Positions 31,579 to 45,538 of a stretch of DNA of 64,000 bases are shown piece by piece. The DNA is from Octopus vulgaris (lineage: Eukaryota). The notes beneath the pieces are model-generated. The model worked only from the letters and a program-made list of their open reading frames with translations, did not search any database and had not been told where the DNA came from. Location: the NCBI GenBank assembly GCA_951406725.2, contig OX597818.1, positions 18,352,001 through 18,416,000 on the forward strand, given 5' to 3'. Position 1 is the first letter of the stretch, and every line of letters starts with the position of its first letter. A program made the translations under genes and the position numbers.

Positions 31579-31582
<4 letters not shown>
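29443..31582 (+). mobile_element. Young 5'-truncated R4/Dong-clade retrotransposon in (TAA)n
   Basis: Open frame plus ~100-bp 3'UTR ending directly in (TAA)n; (TAA)n also on the 5' side. Confidence 0.95.
29445..31478 (+). CDS. RT + CCHC zinc knuckle + restriction-like endonuclease (N-terminally truncated)
   Basis: EQKGC, WIDYKKAFDS, GIFQGDTLSP, YMDDLKLY, CRICG..ETINHIISSC, RHD, RPDIVV..IDVSIP..EKLSKY. Confidence 0.93.
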   Translation: MISQRLNKHLDENKLFPEEQKGCRKGSYGCKDQLMINKAITEDSHRKKKGLSMAWIDYKKAFDSIPHTWILETLAINKVAPTIIKFIEHSMNKWQTVLHLQTKEGLMKTKDIPIKRGIFQGDTLSPLLFCLALSPLSDMLNRTGCGYKCYGKTISHLLYMDDLKLYAANDKQLETLLKTVHGFTKEIDMKFGLEKCAKVTMKRGKLVKSNNITLDKTNEIKELDQSQTYKYLGIHELDKTQHTQMKEKIKKEYYRRVRSILNTELNAKNKIIGINTLAVPVISYSYNILNWTRNELTKIDRKTRKIMTGSRMHHPKSDIERLYIQRIEGGRGLIQLESYYKITTIGLQKYLLQKEGKLIQIAAKHEQNKKLFSVFKEADNYKQEIIPPNKHEEEEEDEETTKAIKQMKSKLKTEQQRTMIKRWQEKPLHGKYWTKLNAKEIDKEKSQQWLRSSGLKAETEGFLIAAQDQSLPTRNYQKHVMKRNITSNCRICGDGQETINHIISSCPVLAKKEYIHRHDRVGTYIHWKLCQHYGITTEKRWYRHTPEKVTENEKATILWDMPIHTDREIKANRPDIVVRDHEGKKCFLIDVSIPADDNVSLKEMEKLSKYKDLEIEVTRMWNLKTETIPIIVGALGMIKKYSDKYITKTPRLTNTYNIQKIALLGTAHILRRTLSIQ

Positions 31583-31677
<95 letters not shown>

Positions 31678-31694
31678 TAATAATGATGATGATG

Positions 31695-31736
<42 letters not shown>

Positions 31737-31820
31737 TAAGCCAGTTTACCAACTAATAAAACAAAACATATTACAGAAAACTTGCGAGCCACGACCTAGC
31801 GTCCACTCCTTCTAATCACC

Positions 31821-31870
<50 letters not shown>

Positions 31871-31872
<2 letters not shown>

Positions 31873-31976
31873 GCAGAAATTCAAAAGATAGTGCTCATGG
31901 GAACTGCTCATATCCTACGCAAAATACTCTCTATGTAATCCCAAGGTTTAAAACAAACTTTTTTTTTATTATTTGT

Positions 31977-32007
<31 letters not shown>

Positions 32008-32171
32008 TTTTTTATGTATAAGACATTCACTAGTACAACATCAGAAAAAAAAGAAACAAGGAAAAAAAACCCCCAAATATATGGCACAGAACTTCCAGCC
32101 TGTTGTCTCTTGAGGTCTCTGGGTGAGACTTGGAGCCAACTTGTACAGACATAAAGTAAAAGTCAAACATA

Positions 32172-32172
<1 letters not shown>
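31871..32172 (+). mobile_element. Short 3' end of a second Dong-like family
   Basis: MAEIQKIVLMGTAHILRKILSM* plus 3'UTR ending caaacatagaa(TAA)n. Confidence 0.85.
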
Positions 32173-32219
<47 letters not shown>

Positions 32220-32244
32220 TAATAATAATAATAACAATAATAAT

Positions 32245-32734
32245 GATAAGCTCATTGATATGACTGCCCCTCCTCATTGATATGACTGTCCCAATCGATA
32301 TAAACGTATCTGTCAAGACCTACCAAAAACTGAGCAAATATAAAGATCTTGAAATAGAAATCAGCAAAATGTGGAACCTGAAGACTAAAACAATACCTGT
32401 TGTCATAGGTGCTCTGGTAATGATAGCAAAAGAGGTTGATTGCTACCTAACTCAGATACCAGGAAGCCCCAAAATGGCAGAAATTCAAAAGATAGTGCTC
32501 ATGGGAACTGCTCATATCCTACGCAAAATACTTTCTATGTAATCTCAAGGTTTAAAGCAAACATAATTTTCGTATGTTTTTTTTAGACATTCACAAGTAC
32601 AACACTAAATACAAAACCAAATATATGGCACACAAGGCATAACAACAACATGAACTTCCAACCTGTTGTCTCCTGAGGTCTCTGGGTGAAACTTGGAGCC
32701 AACTTGTACAAATGTAAAGCAAAATTCAAACATA

Positions 32735-32736
<2 letters not shown>
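32245..32736 (+). mobile_element. 3' end of the second Dong-like family (RLE C-terminus)
   Basis: LIDMTVP..QKLSKYKDLEIEISKMW..IPVVIGAL; same 3' terminus as 31871-32172; a further 3'UTR piece at about 38998-39100(-). Confidence 0.88.
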
Positions 32737-32791
<55 letters not shown>

Positions 32792-32817
32792 TAAAAATAA
32801 TAATAATAATAATAATA

Positions 32818-33452
32818 ATGCTGAATTTGTGGTGAGAGCGGTAAAACGGTATGGCACATCGTTAGCGAATGCCCGAAATTGCCACAACGCGAATACAAAA
32901 GACATGACAATGTGGCAAGAATGATCCATTGGCAGCTCTGTGGGTATCACAAAGAGCAAAGACGTGGTATGAGCAACCTCAGAAGGAGTCACAGAGAATG
33001 AAGATTGCAAAATCCTGTGGGATGCAATAATTCAGTTCGATCACATGACCAGGCATCGGAATCCGGACATTGTTATAGTGCATAAAAAAAGAAAGAACAT
33101 GCATGATAATCGTCGTGGCATGTCCCGGTGACAACATGATCAAAGAGAAAGAAGAAAAACTAAACAACTATGATGATTTGAAGTGGGAATACGGAGCTTG
33201 TGGTCAGTGAGGACAGTAGACGCAATACCAATCGTAATTGGTGCACTTGAAAGTATTAGTATTTAACTACCCACATAGCTCAAAAAGATGGGTGCAAATG
33301 TAAAGGTAGAGCACCTACAAAAATCAGCATTGCTTGGAACTACGAGGATTCTTCGCAGGGTTCTTGAAGCACGACCAGTAAACAAGTGTCACCTTGGTCT
33401 GCTGACACTTTCCATCATACCCAACAAAATTAGCTGAAAGTTTTGATTAAGT
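32818..33452 (+). mobile_element. 3' end of a third Dong-like family (related to 19247-20645)
   Basis: ETVWHIVSECP-like, RHDNVARMIHW, ILWD, PDIV, LQKSALLGT.RILRRVL; ends in taataataa. Confidence 0.85.
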
Positions 33453-35004
33453 AATAATAATAATACTCTGTTTTGTTTTAACTTTTAGCGTCGCACTTAT
33501 TTTTACTGTCATTGCTGCTTTCATTGCCTTTATTTTTGTTGCTAGTTTGCTGTTGCTGTATTCACATTCAATAGTCTCGTCTCGTTCAGATTTACCAACA
33601 ATAGCAAATAAAGCGAAAACAAGTCTTTAGAGAAATTGAACAATAAATCTTGTACAAAGAATGGAGACTCAGCAAGCTGATTAAAAGAAAAAAGTGCGTG
33701 TATACGTCTGTTTTGTGGGTATATAGCAATGTCTGTCTGTATGTATATTGACAAAGAGAAAGAGAGAAGGAAAGAGAGATAGAGAGAGAAAGAGAAATAG
33801 ATAGGCGTAGAAAGAGTGGGGGAGTTGGATGTCAATAGATGGATACATAGACATTGACATATGATTATAAATTTATGTATATGAATTCCTGTAAAATTTG
33901 CGAAAGCTCACATATGTATACATGCATGTACATATATTTGTTTATATTTTATATACATAAACACACTTATGCACACACATACATGGTGTATCTGTACGTA
34001 TGGATCATTACGCATGCGTGTATTTCTGGATGTGTACTATAAATGAATTTTTCTGTTGGTAAAATAATTACTTCGAAGTGGAGTCAAGGGGAAAATTTTG
34101 TTGATTCATCTGACAAATAATCAGCATCATTCATTACGTAATTGACCGAGCAGACGTTAAGTAACCCGCCGAAATCTGAAAGCGCTTCTCGCCCATCCCT
34201 ATATCACCTGCCAGATCATTTTCTTATGATCTGATTAATAGCAGAAGCTATTTTCATTTCAGGCTCTTTCCATCCCGCTTAACTTCCAACAGAAAAAAAA
34301 AACCCCCAAAACATTGTCATCACCTTTTATTAACAAAAATAACAAATCTCATATGGTAATCACTTGTAAAGATAATTTGATGGCTGTGAAATATGTGTGC
34401 TCGTGTTTTAATTTTCTATGCTTGTCTATGTAGGTTGTGTTGGTAGAAAACTTGTGACTGCTGAATCTTAGGATGATTGCTGATCACTCTGTAATGATAG
34501 CGGTAGTGTTTTCCCTGGAGTTTCTTTCTTTTTTTAATAAATAAAGCACGTGTAATATTTAAATATTACGATATTTTTTCAAATCCTCTTTTGTATAAAT
34601 GAATTATTTGAAACAAACAAATACTGAAAATTAATCCAATAACTTTGCTTCCTACGGTAAGCCACATGATTATCCGGAGGTCGTTATATGTCTAGGAAGT
34701 TTTATCAGCAAAGTCCACAATGCGATAAAGGTCATCCTATCAAAACTTACCAAAGCTCGTGCGTGTGGACATTAAGGGAATAGTCGTTGAACTATTATTG
34801 GCTTCCATAACAGCAACGTTAAATCTTTTTTACAGTGTGATCCAGAATGCTCAGGAGCGTAAAGGAGATATGAAAACAATAAAAGCTTTTCACAATGGAT
34901 GGCTGGGGAAAATCTGCCACATGGTCTGGCAAACAAAATATCATAGGAAGAGTTGTACCACTGATCTTGTTATTGTATTGTCCTTGAAATAAAATACTAG
35001 CAGC

Positions 35005-35415
<411 letters not shown>

Positions 35416-35968
35416 CTGATACAGTACCAAGCAGCGGCTCTCATGGCTTCTGATCTTAACTGACTGGAAATGTTATCATGTACATTGTTTTGTCTTGGTA
35501 TAAAAGATGGGCTACAGCAAATATTCTGCTCAACACCAAAGATTTGTTTGTCAGTTGCTTGACCTTAACCAGTTGACCATGTCCCTCAGTGGCTGATGAT
35601 ATGTGTATCTCTGATCACGAGCAGAAGTAGTGGGGGAGCATCATAGCCAAGTGTTGAGAGGGATTCTTTGGGGTTTTAATAATTCACCTCTGGAAACATG
35701 GGTGTTTCATTCAACATCCTTAAACAACCCTTAATCAGGGACCTTTTGAGTAGGATGGTTTACCCGACCAGAAGAAAATTCTAACTGGACCCCACCCGCA
35801 AGGTCATGCACTATTTATCTTGTTATGAGATCACCATGTCGTGCACATATGGTTGTGATGCATGTGCCTGGTGTACCCTTATCAGACGGGTAGTCATGAT
35901 GGGTATACTGGGTTTCGTATATTTTACCCCAGTGTCACTTTGATGGCATGCACTGCTCTCTCACTCAA
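35416..35968 (+). mobile_element. ~550-bp non-coding interspersed repeat ending in (TAA)n; inverted copy at 38352-38901
   Basis: Colinear reverse complement with 38352-38901 with nearly the same ends; fragment near 28840-28970. Confidence 0.8.
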
Positions 35969-36050
35969 TAATAATAATAATTATTACTACTACTACTAAT
36001 AATAATAATAATAATAATAATAATTATTATTATTATTAATATTATTATAA

Positions 36051-36118
<68 letters not shown>

Positions 36119-36257
36119 GTAATAATTAACACGGCGAGCTGGCAGGAGTGTTAGCAAGCCGGGCAAAATGTTTGGAAATACTTCGTCTGTCTTTATGTTG
36201 AGTTCGAATTCCGCCGAAGTCGATTTTGCCTTTCATCCTTTCGGTCTCGATAAAATA

Positions 36258-37151
36258 CGAAGTTGTATCAAAAGGACTAGTTCTCTAGCGCGCCAGCAGA
36301 TGGCAGCACACGTTGTGTGCGCAGTGAGAGCTAGCAGTGACTTTCATGAGGCAGTGTACCGAGTGACATCGCTATATTTACTTTGCAAGTTGTGAAATTC
36401 GTGTTTTTGTGATTGTGTGCATGCTGTAGTTTACGATTTTTGTGTCATGGATAGGAAGTTGGAACAAAGAGCCAACGTGAAAATTTGCGTTAAATTTGGG
36501 AAGTCTGCTACTGAAACATTGAGCATATTTCAGCAAGCTTACGGTGACGAGGTAATGGATCGTACGCTATGTTTCAAGTGGCACCGGCACTTCAAAAGCG
36601 GAAGAACGTTCCTGAAAGATGATGAACGATCTGTAAAAACCTACCAAGAGTGTTATCCCCGGAAAAATCCATCAGTTTGTGCATGAGGATCGTCGGAGGA
36701 CAACCAACAACGTTTTGAAGCGTTTGAGGAGGATATTCGGCGAAAGTGACCAGATCTGTGGAGTGTGAAGGTTTGAATTCTTCACGACGACAATGCACCC
36801 TGTTAGCGATCTCTCCTCGTGCGCTTCTCAGCAAAAACAACATGGTATCGATTCTCCACCCGCCTTATTCGCCAGATTTAGTACCTGCGGAATTCTGTCT
36901 CCCTAGATGAAAAAGCAGCCCAAAGGTCACTGTTTTATCACCGATGTCGAGATACAGATCGAATAGTTGAAGGTCTCGACTCGCTCTACGGAAAACGACT
37001 TCCAGGCCTGATTCCAAAAGTGGCTGGAACGCTGGGACCGGTTTATTGCTGCACAAGATGACTATTTCGAAGGAGATGATGTTAAAACTTACGTAAATAA
37101 GATATTTTTTATCAAACATAAATACTCCGGAAACGTTTTGGTACCATCTCG
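36258..37151 (+). mobile_element. Mariner DNA transposon (degraded) nested in an S3 SINE
   Basis: TA at 36256-57 and 37152-53, degenerate TIRs, EQRANVKICVKFGKSATET..W.RHFKSGR, HDDNAP, HPPYSPDL; SINE halves 36131-36257 and 37152-37235 rejoin. Confidence 0.9.
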
Positions 37152-37528
37152 TAAGTACCAGTTGAGTATTGGGGTCGATATAATCGATTTATCCCCTCCC
37201 CCGAAATTGATGGCCTTGTGACAAAATTTGAAGTCATTATTATTATTACTGGATTGTTTTAAAAGTGTGGGCTTTAAATGTATTTTTCTTTTACAAAACT
37301 GATTCCAATTGATATAATGATGGAAATTGTTATGGCATTATAAGATAATAAATTAACTTAGTACTTCATTGATAGACATTAATTTCTTTCAAAACTCAAA
37401 ATATATTGTTCATACAGGCTATAAACTATTACTGTATTGACAATAAACCACTATGGTTTGCAGTTTACAACATTATTTTTAATATCTATAATAAGATACT
37501 TGTTAAAATTTACAACAATGTTTACTGA

Positions 37529-37605
37529 ATTATACAATATGATATAGGTTACATTATACAATATGATATAGGTTACATTATACAATATGATATAGGTTAC
37601 ATTAT
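37529..37605. repeat. 24-bp tandem repeat x3
   Basis: attatacaatatgatataggttac repeated three times. Confidence 0.9.
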
Positions 37606-38351
37606 TCAATAACACTATGTTTCATAATAGAGCTTAGTTAGTAATTAAAGATTTTGTATACATTTCGTAATATCATACATGTGTTAAACTGAAATATTTA
37701 CATTTCACATTATGACACGGTTTGCAGTGTGGAATATTACTTTACATAATATGATGCAGCCGTATTTTAGAGAGATATTCATATTTCATGATGTGATAGG
37801 AATCTCAGTTTGTATTTATTCGATATTACAGAATGCAGGTTGAAAACACATCAACATTATTTCCCAACATGTTACATGTTAAATTTAACTGTAATATTTT
37901 CAAAATATTATATCATGCTACAGATTGAGTTTACGCGAAATATTTATAACAATATTCTCCTACTATGATACAAGTTTGAGGATGCAACGAATGAAGCTCA
38001 AACCATATCTAGAGAAGCATATTAAATGTACATTTAACCTAAAATTTCTCAAGATACATGTTTTTGTATATATTTTATGAGATGACAACACACTTATGTT
38101 CTTTATTATAAATTAGTAGCCTAAAGGGAGGGTGCTGGTAGGATTGTTAGCGCGCCGGATAAATGATTTAGCAGCGTTTCTTCCTGCATTATGTTTTGCT
38201 TTCAAATCCCACTGACGACGACTTCGCTTTTTACCCTTTGGGAGTCGATAAAATAAGTACCAGTTAAATACGGAGGTTGATTTAATCGACTATCACCTTA
38301 CCCCAAAATTTCAGTCCTTCCGCCTATAGCAGAGAGCATCGTTATTATCAT

Positions 38352-38900
38352 TGAGAGAGCAGTGCATGCCATCAGAGAGACACTGGGGAAAAAATATGAA
38401 ACCCAGTATACCCATCATGACTACCCGTTTGATAAGGGTACATTAGACACATGCATCACAACCATATTTGCGCGACATGGTGATCTCATATGAAGATAAA
38501 CAGCGTATGACCTTGCAGGTGAGACCCAGTTAGAATTTTTTTCGGATCGAGTTGCACATCCCGCTCAAAAGGTCACTGAATAAGAGTTATTTAAAGATGT
38601 TGGACAAACCACCCATATTTCCAGAGGTGAATTATCCAAACACCAAAGAATTCCTCTCAACACATGGCTATCATGCTCCCCTACTACTTCTGCTCGTGGT
38701 CAGTGATGAACATATTGTCATCCACCAAGGCACATGCTCAACTGGTTATGGTCAAACAACTGACAAGCAAATCTGTGGTATTGAGCAGGATATTTGCTGT
38801 AGCCCATCTTTTATACCAAGACAAACAATGTACATGGGAACACATCTAATCAGTTAAGATCCGAAGCCATGAGAGTCACTGTCTAGTACTGCATCAGGGC

Positions 38901-38901
<1 letters not shown>
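38352..38901 (-). mobile_element. Second copy of the ~550-bp (TAA)-associated repeat
   Basis: Reverse complement of 35416-35968. Confidence 0.8.
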
Positions 38902-38976
<75 letters not shown>

Positions 38977-39104
38977 GTTATTATTATTATTATTATTATA
39001 TGTTTGATTTTGCTTTGTATTTGTACAAGTTGTATTTGTATTTGTACAAGTCTCACCAAGAGACCTCAAGAAACAACAAGTTAGAAGTTTATATTGGTAT
39101 TATG

Positions 39105-42100
39105 CTTTTTGATTAAGTTCAGGGACTTAATAAAAAAGTGGCAGCAGCACGAAACTATTGCCTCCCCCAGAAACAGTGCAGGCAATTAATGCCCGTACAG
39201 TTGTACATATGATATACAACATAAAAGAAAAAAAAATTATGGAGGCGAAAAATGAAGTGGTGGAGAGGTGCATGGCACCAGTATGGAATAAAGTATCCTA
39301 CGTCAGCTGTGGAACGCGAAGCGAAACCGTTGAAGCGCAGTTTCAAACGGCTGACGTAGCAAAGGAAGAGTCAACAAAGACACTAAAAACGACGAAATTA
39401 TGCTGCTACCCATATACTTGGGCCGCAGAACAGCGAAAGTCACAGTAGAAGATATACCAGCTGATTATGAAGTGATGTGGGTAGCAGCAGCAGTCATACA
39501 TTACGTTGAAGAAGAAGTATCCATCCTGCAAATGAAGGGGAGGGATGCCGTGAACTGGTGAGGCAAGACACTCGAGATGGTAATTCAAGCGGTGAACCAA
39601 AGTCTGGAAAATTTACCCGATAGAGTGTTTGTGGTGGAGGGGCTGGCAATGAGAGTGACTGTGGAGGGATGTAGGCCCCAATGCTTCAAGTGTGGAGAGA
39701 AGGGCCATGTCCGCTCCAAGTGTACCAAAAAGAATAGTGAAAATGAGGCTCCCCCCCCCCTCAAAAAAAAAGCTGTGAAGGAAACATCAGCAGACAGACC
39801 AGAAAGTGCAGTAGAAGCGAAAGAGGAGAGAACAACGGAAGAAAAGAACCAAACTGCCGAGGAGATGGAGTTTACAACAATGACTCATAAGCGTAAGAAG
39901 GCACAAGTCCCTGATTCCCCTCCCCAAACAAACACCCCCCAAAAAACAACACAAAACACACAGACACACAAAACACACAGACACACAAAACCAAACTCCC
40001 TAGCCCAAGCCCACTGCAAGGCCATTTGCCAAACCCTTCCCAGACTACAAGTAAAAACTATAGAGTTCCAGGAAAAGAACGAGCTGTTAGCGAGAGTCAT
40101 TAGAGAACACCATGACTCACGAGTGTTTAGAGTAACGGAAGAAACACTGATGGACGTTAGGTATGCAAAACTAAACGAGAAACTGTTTACAGATATGAAG
40201 GCGAGGTATCTGAAAGATATAAGAGATATAACCGCCGGAGGGTAAACATATTATAAGTGGCGGAGGGTAAACATATTATAAGCCCGGATGCCACACCCAG
40301 GAAAAGCCCAATGGTGACACCTAATAAGAAAAGGACGGGGAGGTAGGCGAATTTGTATAGACCTTCTCCAAACTGAAAATGTGAGTAATCTCTTTCCTTT
40401 TATTTTTCAAAAATGATTAAGTTAGGGTGCATAAATGTGCGAGGACTGGTGTCGAAATGGAAACAGGCTTGTTTTCTGGACGACCTCAGGAAAGGTGATA
40501 TAAATGTAGCAGTCGCAACTGAGTCCAAGATGAATGAATCACAAGCGTTCTCTCCTCTTCTGAATGACTATGAGAAAATTATTTCTCCTTGCCGACGATG
40601 GGTGGGGCGCATGGTGGTCCTATTCAGGCAGAACTTGGACTTGCAGGTAAGTACCGTCTTTTTGGACCCATAAGGTAGGCTGGTCGTCCTGGATGTAACT
40701 GACGAAAGTAAACAGGCCTTCTGGTTGGTAGCTGTGTACGCCCTGAACGAGCGTGGGCAGTCGGTTTTTTTTCGAGATCTGGAACACTTTCTAGGGACGT
40801 CTAAAAAGGTAGCTCTACTAGGAAACTTTAACGCTATACTCGATGCACGAGTGGATAGTGTAGGCTCTTCTAATAGGAAAGGAAATCCTGGCCTCAAGGG
40901 TCTACTAGAGAGCTATAATCTAGTAGACCGTTACAGAATGGATGAGTCGTTTGTTCCACAGTGGACGTGGAGTAATAATGACGGCTCTCGCAGATCGTAC
41001 ATAGATAGGGTATTCGTTAGAGATAGAGATAAGGATACTTTTAGTTGTCCACAATTTGATAAAGTATCTTACACGGATCACAAATTTGTGACATGTGAGG
41101 TACACTTAGATAAATGTCATAGGCAAGGACCCGGGTACTGGAAGATGAACAAGTCTATTTTGACTTTGTAAAGCCTTCCGTGCCCGGATTAAAGAGTTAG
41201 TAAAGAGGGCACTATGTAGCGCCATCATTAATAATAGATGGTGGAACGACCTCTAGAGAGCCATTCGTTTAGAGTCTATCAGATTTAGCAATCAGCTAAG
41301 TTTAGACAGATCTAGAATAGAAGGTGACTTAGTTGGGAACTTAGACGAGACCTTGGAATCTGACTCTGCATCTAGAGTGCTGGCGCCGAGAAGGTCTTGT
41401 ACCGTCACCTCAACGCCAAGCACGAAGTCAGAGGGATTAAAAGAGCCTCTATAAAGCCTTTAACAGACGAACAGGATGAGATGTGAAAGGCCTTTTATCA
41501 GCATTTTGCACGGTTGTTCGGGCAGGGCGGCGTGCTAGATAGTGGGGGGGGGGGGATTCCCTAAAAGGCTTCCTCACCGGCGGGCACCGTGACTCTCAGC
41601 ACGGGAGGCGAGGTGCTGTGAAGGGCCGCGGGGGTCAAAGAGGAGTTGGCCGAGTGCGCCAGGGAAAAGTCGCCGGAGTTGGATGGTCTACCCTATGAAT
41701 TTTATCGTTGCATGCCGTCTACACAACTGGCAACAGAATTGGAGAATTCCCAGCTCTATGAGTCGGAGAGTGGTGACGCAGATCCAGAAGGACTTGAGCA
41801 AGGGGGATATTATAAGTAATTACGGGCCCATAACTCTACTCAATGTACAATTAAAGATTTTGACTAAGGTGTTAGCTAAAAGGTTGATGCGTGTCGTGGA
41901 GAAACTTGTATAGAACGCGCTGACATGCGCCATCCCAGGCAGGTCGATCCAGGACAATCTTCACCTTATCCGCTACACCTTAGACAGGTTGGGTAAATTA
42001 ATCGGCAAAGGTGGGGCACTGGTCCATTTAGAGCAAGTAAAGCGTTTGATAGGGTAGACCATAAGTACCTGGCGGCAGTCCTCGAAGCGGCTGGGCTGCG

Positions 42101-42865
42101 TTCTGACTTCTGTGGTTGGATCTCCGCCATGTATAGCGGCATCAAATCCACAGTCCAGATAAACGGCTACCTTTCGGAGTCGTTTTCGATCAAGCGTTCA
42201 GTTCGTCAAGGGTGTCCACTGTCTCCGCTTCTGTACGTATTAACTCTTGAGCCATTAGTGCGAAAGTTGGAGAATTTGGGGGGCGCCCCCAATGAAATTG
42301 GTTGCGGTAAGTCGGTCTCTGCTTACGCGGTTGACGCCACCATCATCATGTCCAATGAGGCTCAGGTACCTTGTGTAGAGGAAGCTATCAGAGGATACGA
42401 GGCGGTGGCAGGGGAAAAAGTTAACAAGGACAAGTCCATCGGCTTGTCCCTCGGCACCTGGAGGAGCAAGTCGATATCGTCCAGTGTCGTGGGTCACTGG
42501 ACAGATGGTCCTGTTAAGTTGCTTGGAGTTTGGTTTGGACCGGACTCCCAGACGGAGAAGAATTATAGCGATGTGGCAGACAGGGTGGAGGCCCTATTCC
42601 GGACCTGGTCCGGAAGGTCTCTGTCCCTAAAAGGAAGGGCGGAGGTAGTACAGGTGCTTATTGCATCTCGTATCACCTACCGCCTGACCGATGTCCCTTG
42701 TCTCCGACTCGTGACTGAACAAGTTGGAGCGACTCCTCTTCCGCGTATTGTGGAAGGGAGAAAGCCACCTGTGAGGCGCTCTGGTTGCTGCCAGGAACCG
42801 CTAAAGAGTAGGTTAGGGATGCCCTGGTTGATTATACACAAACATGCGTTGAAGCTGAAGCTGGG
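39105..42865 (+). mobile_element. Second Tx1/L1-clade LINE with ORF1 and degraded ORF2, 3'-truncated
   Basis: ORF1 zinc knuckle CFKCGEKGHVRSKC (39577-40245); ORF2 from 40413: INVRGL, ATES, GNFNA, YIDR, TDHK, GPGYWK, VRQGCPLSP; many stops. Confidence 0.92.
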
Positions 42866-42879
42866 TGAGGGGTAAATCG

Positions 42880-43640
42880 TTTCCATAAATCCCAGTACTC
42901 AATTAATACTTATTTTATGGACCCCAAATGGATGAAAGGCCGAATTTGAATTCAGAATGTAAAGAGGAACCAAATATCGCTGAGCATTTTACCCAGTGCA
43001 CTAACGATCCTGCCAGCTCGCCGACTTAGGAATAATAATAATAATCCTTTCTACTATAGGCACAAAACCTTGAACATTTTGGGGGAAGGATGATAGTCGC
43101 TTACATCGACCCCAGTGCGTAACTAGTACATATTTTATCGACCCCGAAAGGAAGAAAGGCAAAGTCGACCTCGGCGGAATTCGAACTCAGAACGTAGCGG
43201 CAGACGAAATACCGCTAAGCATTTCGTCCGATATTCTAACGATCCTGCCAGCTCGTCTCCTTAGGGATAACAGTAATAATCCTTTCTACTAAAGGCACAA
43301 AGCCTGAAATTTTTGGGGAGGGAAGTAGTCGATTGCATCGACCCCAGTGTTTCACTAGTACTTAATTTATCGACCCCGAAAGGCAAAGTCGACCTCGGCG
43401 GAATTTGAACTTAGAACGTAAAGACAGTTGAAATGCCGCTAAGTATTTCGCCCGATATTCTAACGATCTTGCCAGCTCGCCTCCTTAGGAATGATAAATG
43501 GTTCGAAATTTTGGTACAAAGGCTGCAAGTATAGGGAGAGGAGGCTAGTCGATTACATCACACAAGTGTTCAATTGGTTCTTTATTTTAATCGACCCAAA
43601 AAAACTGAGAGGCAAGATCGATCTTGGTGGAATTTCAACA
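42880..43640 (-). mobile_element. Head-to-tail cluster of about four S3 SINE monomers
   Basis: Repeated gccagctcg heads near 43015, 43250 and 43475, each with body and short (TAA) spacer. Confidence 0.85.
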
Positions 43641-43962
43641 AGCAAGCAATTACCAAAAATTTTAGATTCGTTTTATGTTTACATAGAGAGGGTTAGAAAG
43701 ACGTGAAGGAGACACACATAATGGAAGAGAAGGAGAAAGAGAGGGAGAAGAGAAAGGGTGAGTGAGAGAGAAAGAGGGAAGAGAAAGTGTGTAGAAGGAG
43801 AGAGAGAGAGACAGAGAGAGTAGGAGAGAGAGAGGAAGAAATTGTGAGAGAAGTAGACATACATATATACAAAGGCAAAAATAGCTGGAGGACTACAAAT
43901 ATATTGCAGGAGAGAGATATTGAAAGTCAGAAAATAATACGTATGTATGCATACATACATCA

Positions 43963-44005
<43 letters not shown>

Positions 44006-44189
44006 TATATTATTACATACATACATAATACACTACCACAAACACACACATCTATGTGTGTGTACATATATTTATTATATAGTATATATACATGCGTGTA
44101 TATATATATATATATACACACACATACATGTACACATATAGACGTTTTTATGAATATATTAATATGCATGTAAAAGTGCACACACATAC

Positions 44190-44234
<45 letters not shown>

Positions 44235-45121
44235 CATACACACATTTATATATGCAATTACAGATGAGAACACGAACTGATTGAGACAGAGGGAGAAAGG
44301 GAGAAAGAGAGAGACAGAGTGAGTGACAGAGAGAGAGAAAGAGAGAGAGAGATGTAATACAAGAGAAAGGTACATAAGACAGGTAGAGAAACAGAGGGAT
44401 GGAAGAATAATGGAAAGTAATACACACACAAACACACACTGATATATATACATATACATATATATATATATATAGAGAGAGAGAGAGCGAGAGAGACGGG
44501 GGGGGGGGGGGAGATAGAGATGGAAAAAAATATAGAGACTGAAAGACAGACTAGTTTAAAAGGAAATATTTTCTTATCGTTAAGAAATACACAGTCAAGA
44601 TAATGGTTTGTTGCCACTCAGGAATTATTGAGATAACATAAGATAAAGGGAAGTTTTCTGCAAGTTTCGAAAGAAAGTAACGTTGTTGTTGTTGTTGTTG
44701 TTGTTGGCTTTGTTGCTGTTGATGTTGTTGTTGTTGTACGTGTGCGAGGGGAGGTGAACGAAGGGAGGGAGGAAGGAAGGTGTGTAATGGTGAAGGTATC
44801 AAACTGACAATGAATCATTCACACACACACGGACACATATAAGGCATACGAAGACATACAAAGACACATATAGACAAAGGCATTGGTGGACACACGTGTA
44901 CATATAATATAGAGTATGAACGCTAAGAAGTTTAAATAGAGATTATAGAAAACAGACAAATACACTCTGCTATTCATTCTTTCACTCTCCCCAAACTGTT
45001 TGTGTGTGTGTGTGCAATGTGTATGCAGGTATGTACGTATATATGTATGTATGTATGTATTTATGTATATATTTCTATAAACATTCATATGTACACATAC
45101 ATATATATATACGTATATGTA

Positions 45122-45198
<77 letters not shown>

Positions 45199-45253
45199 TA
45201 TATATATATATATGTACACACAAACACAATATATGTATATATATATATGTATG

Positions 45254-45316
<63 letters not shown>

Positions 45317-45459
45317 GTACATATACACAAACATATATAACTGACATATATGTATATATGTACGTATATGTGTGAGCGTGTGTGTAAGTGTCGGCGTGCG
45401 TGTGTGCATGTGTGCACGGCGTAAAACTATGTGTGTGTGAAAGAGAGAGAGAGAGAGAG

Positions 45460-45538
<79 letters not shown>

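Noticed and set aside
37529-37605. Regular 24-bp repeats as a CRISPR-like array (also a 28-bp duplicate at 55924-55980)
   Set aside because: Head-to-tail with no spacers, in a eukaryotic context; simple slippage duplications.
44551-44802. Poly-Q ORF suggesting a transcription-factor exon
   Set aside because: It is a translation of a (CAA)n microsatellite with no domain and no convincing splice sites.
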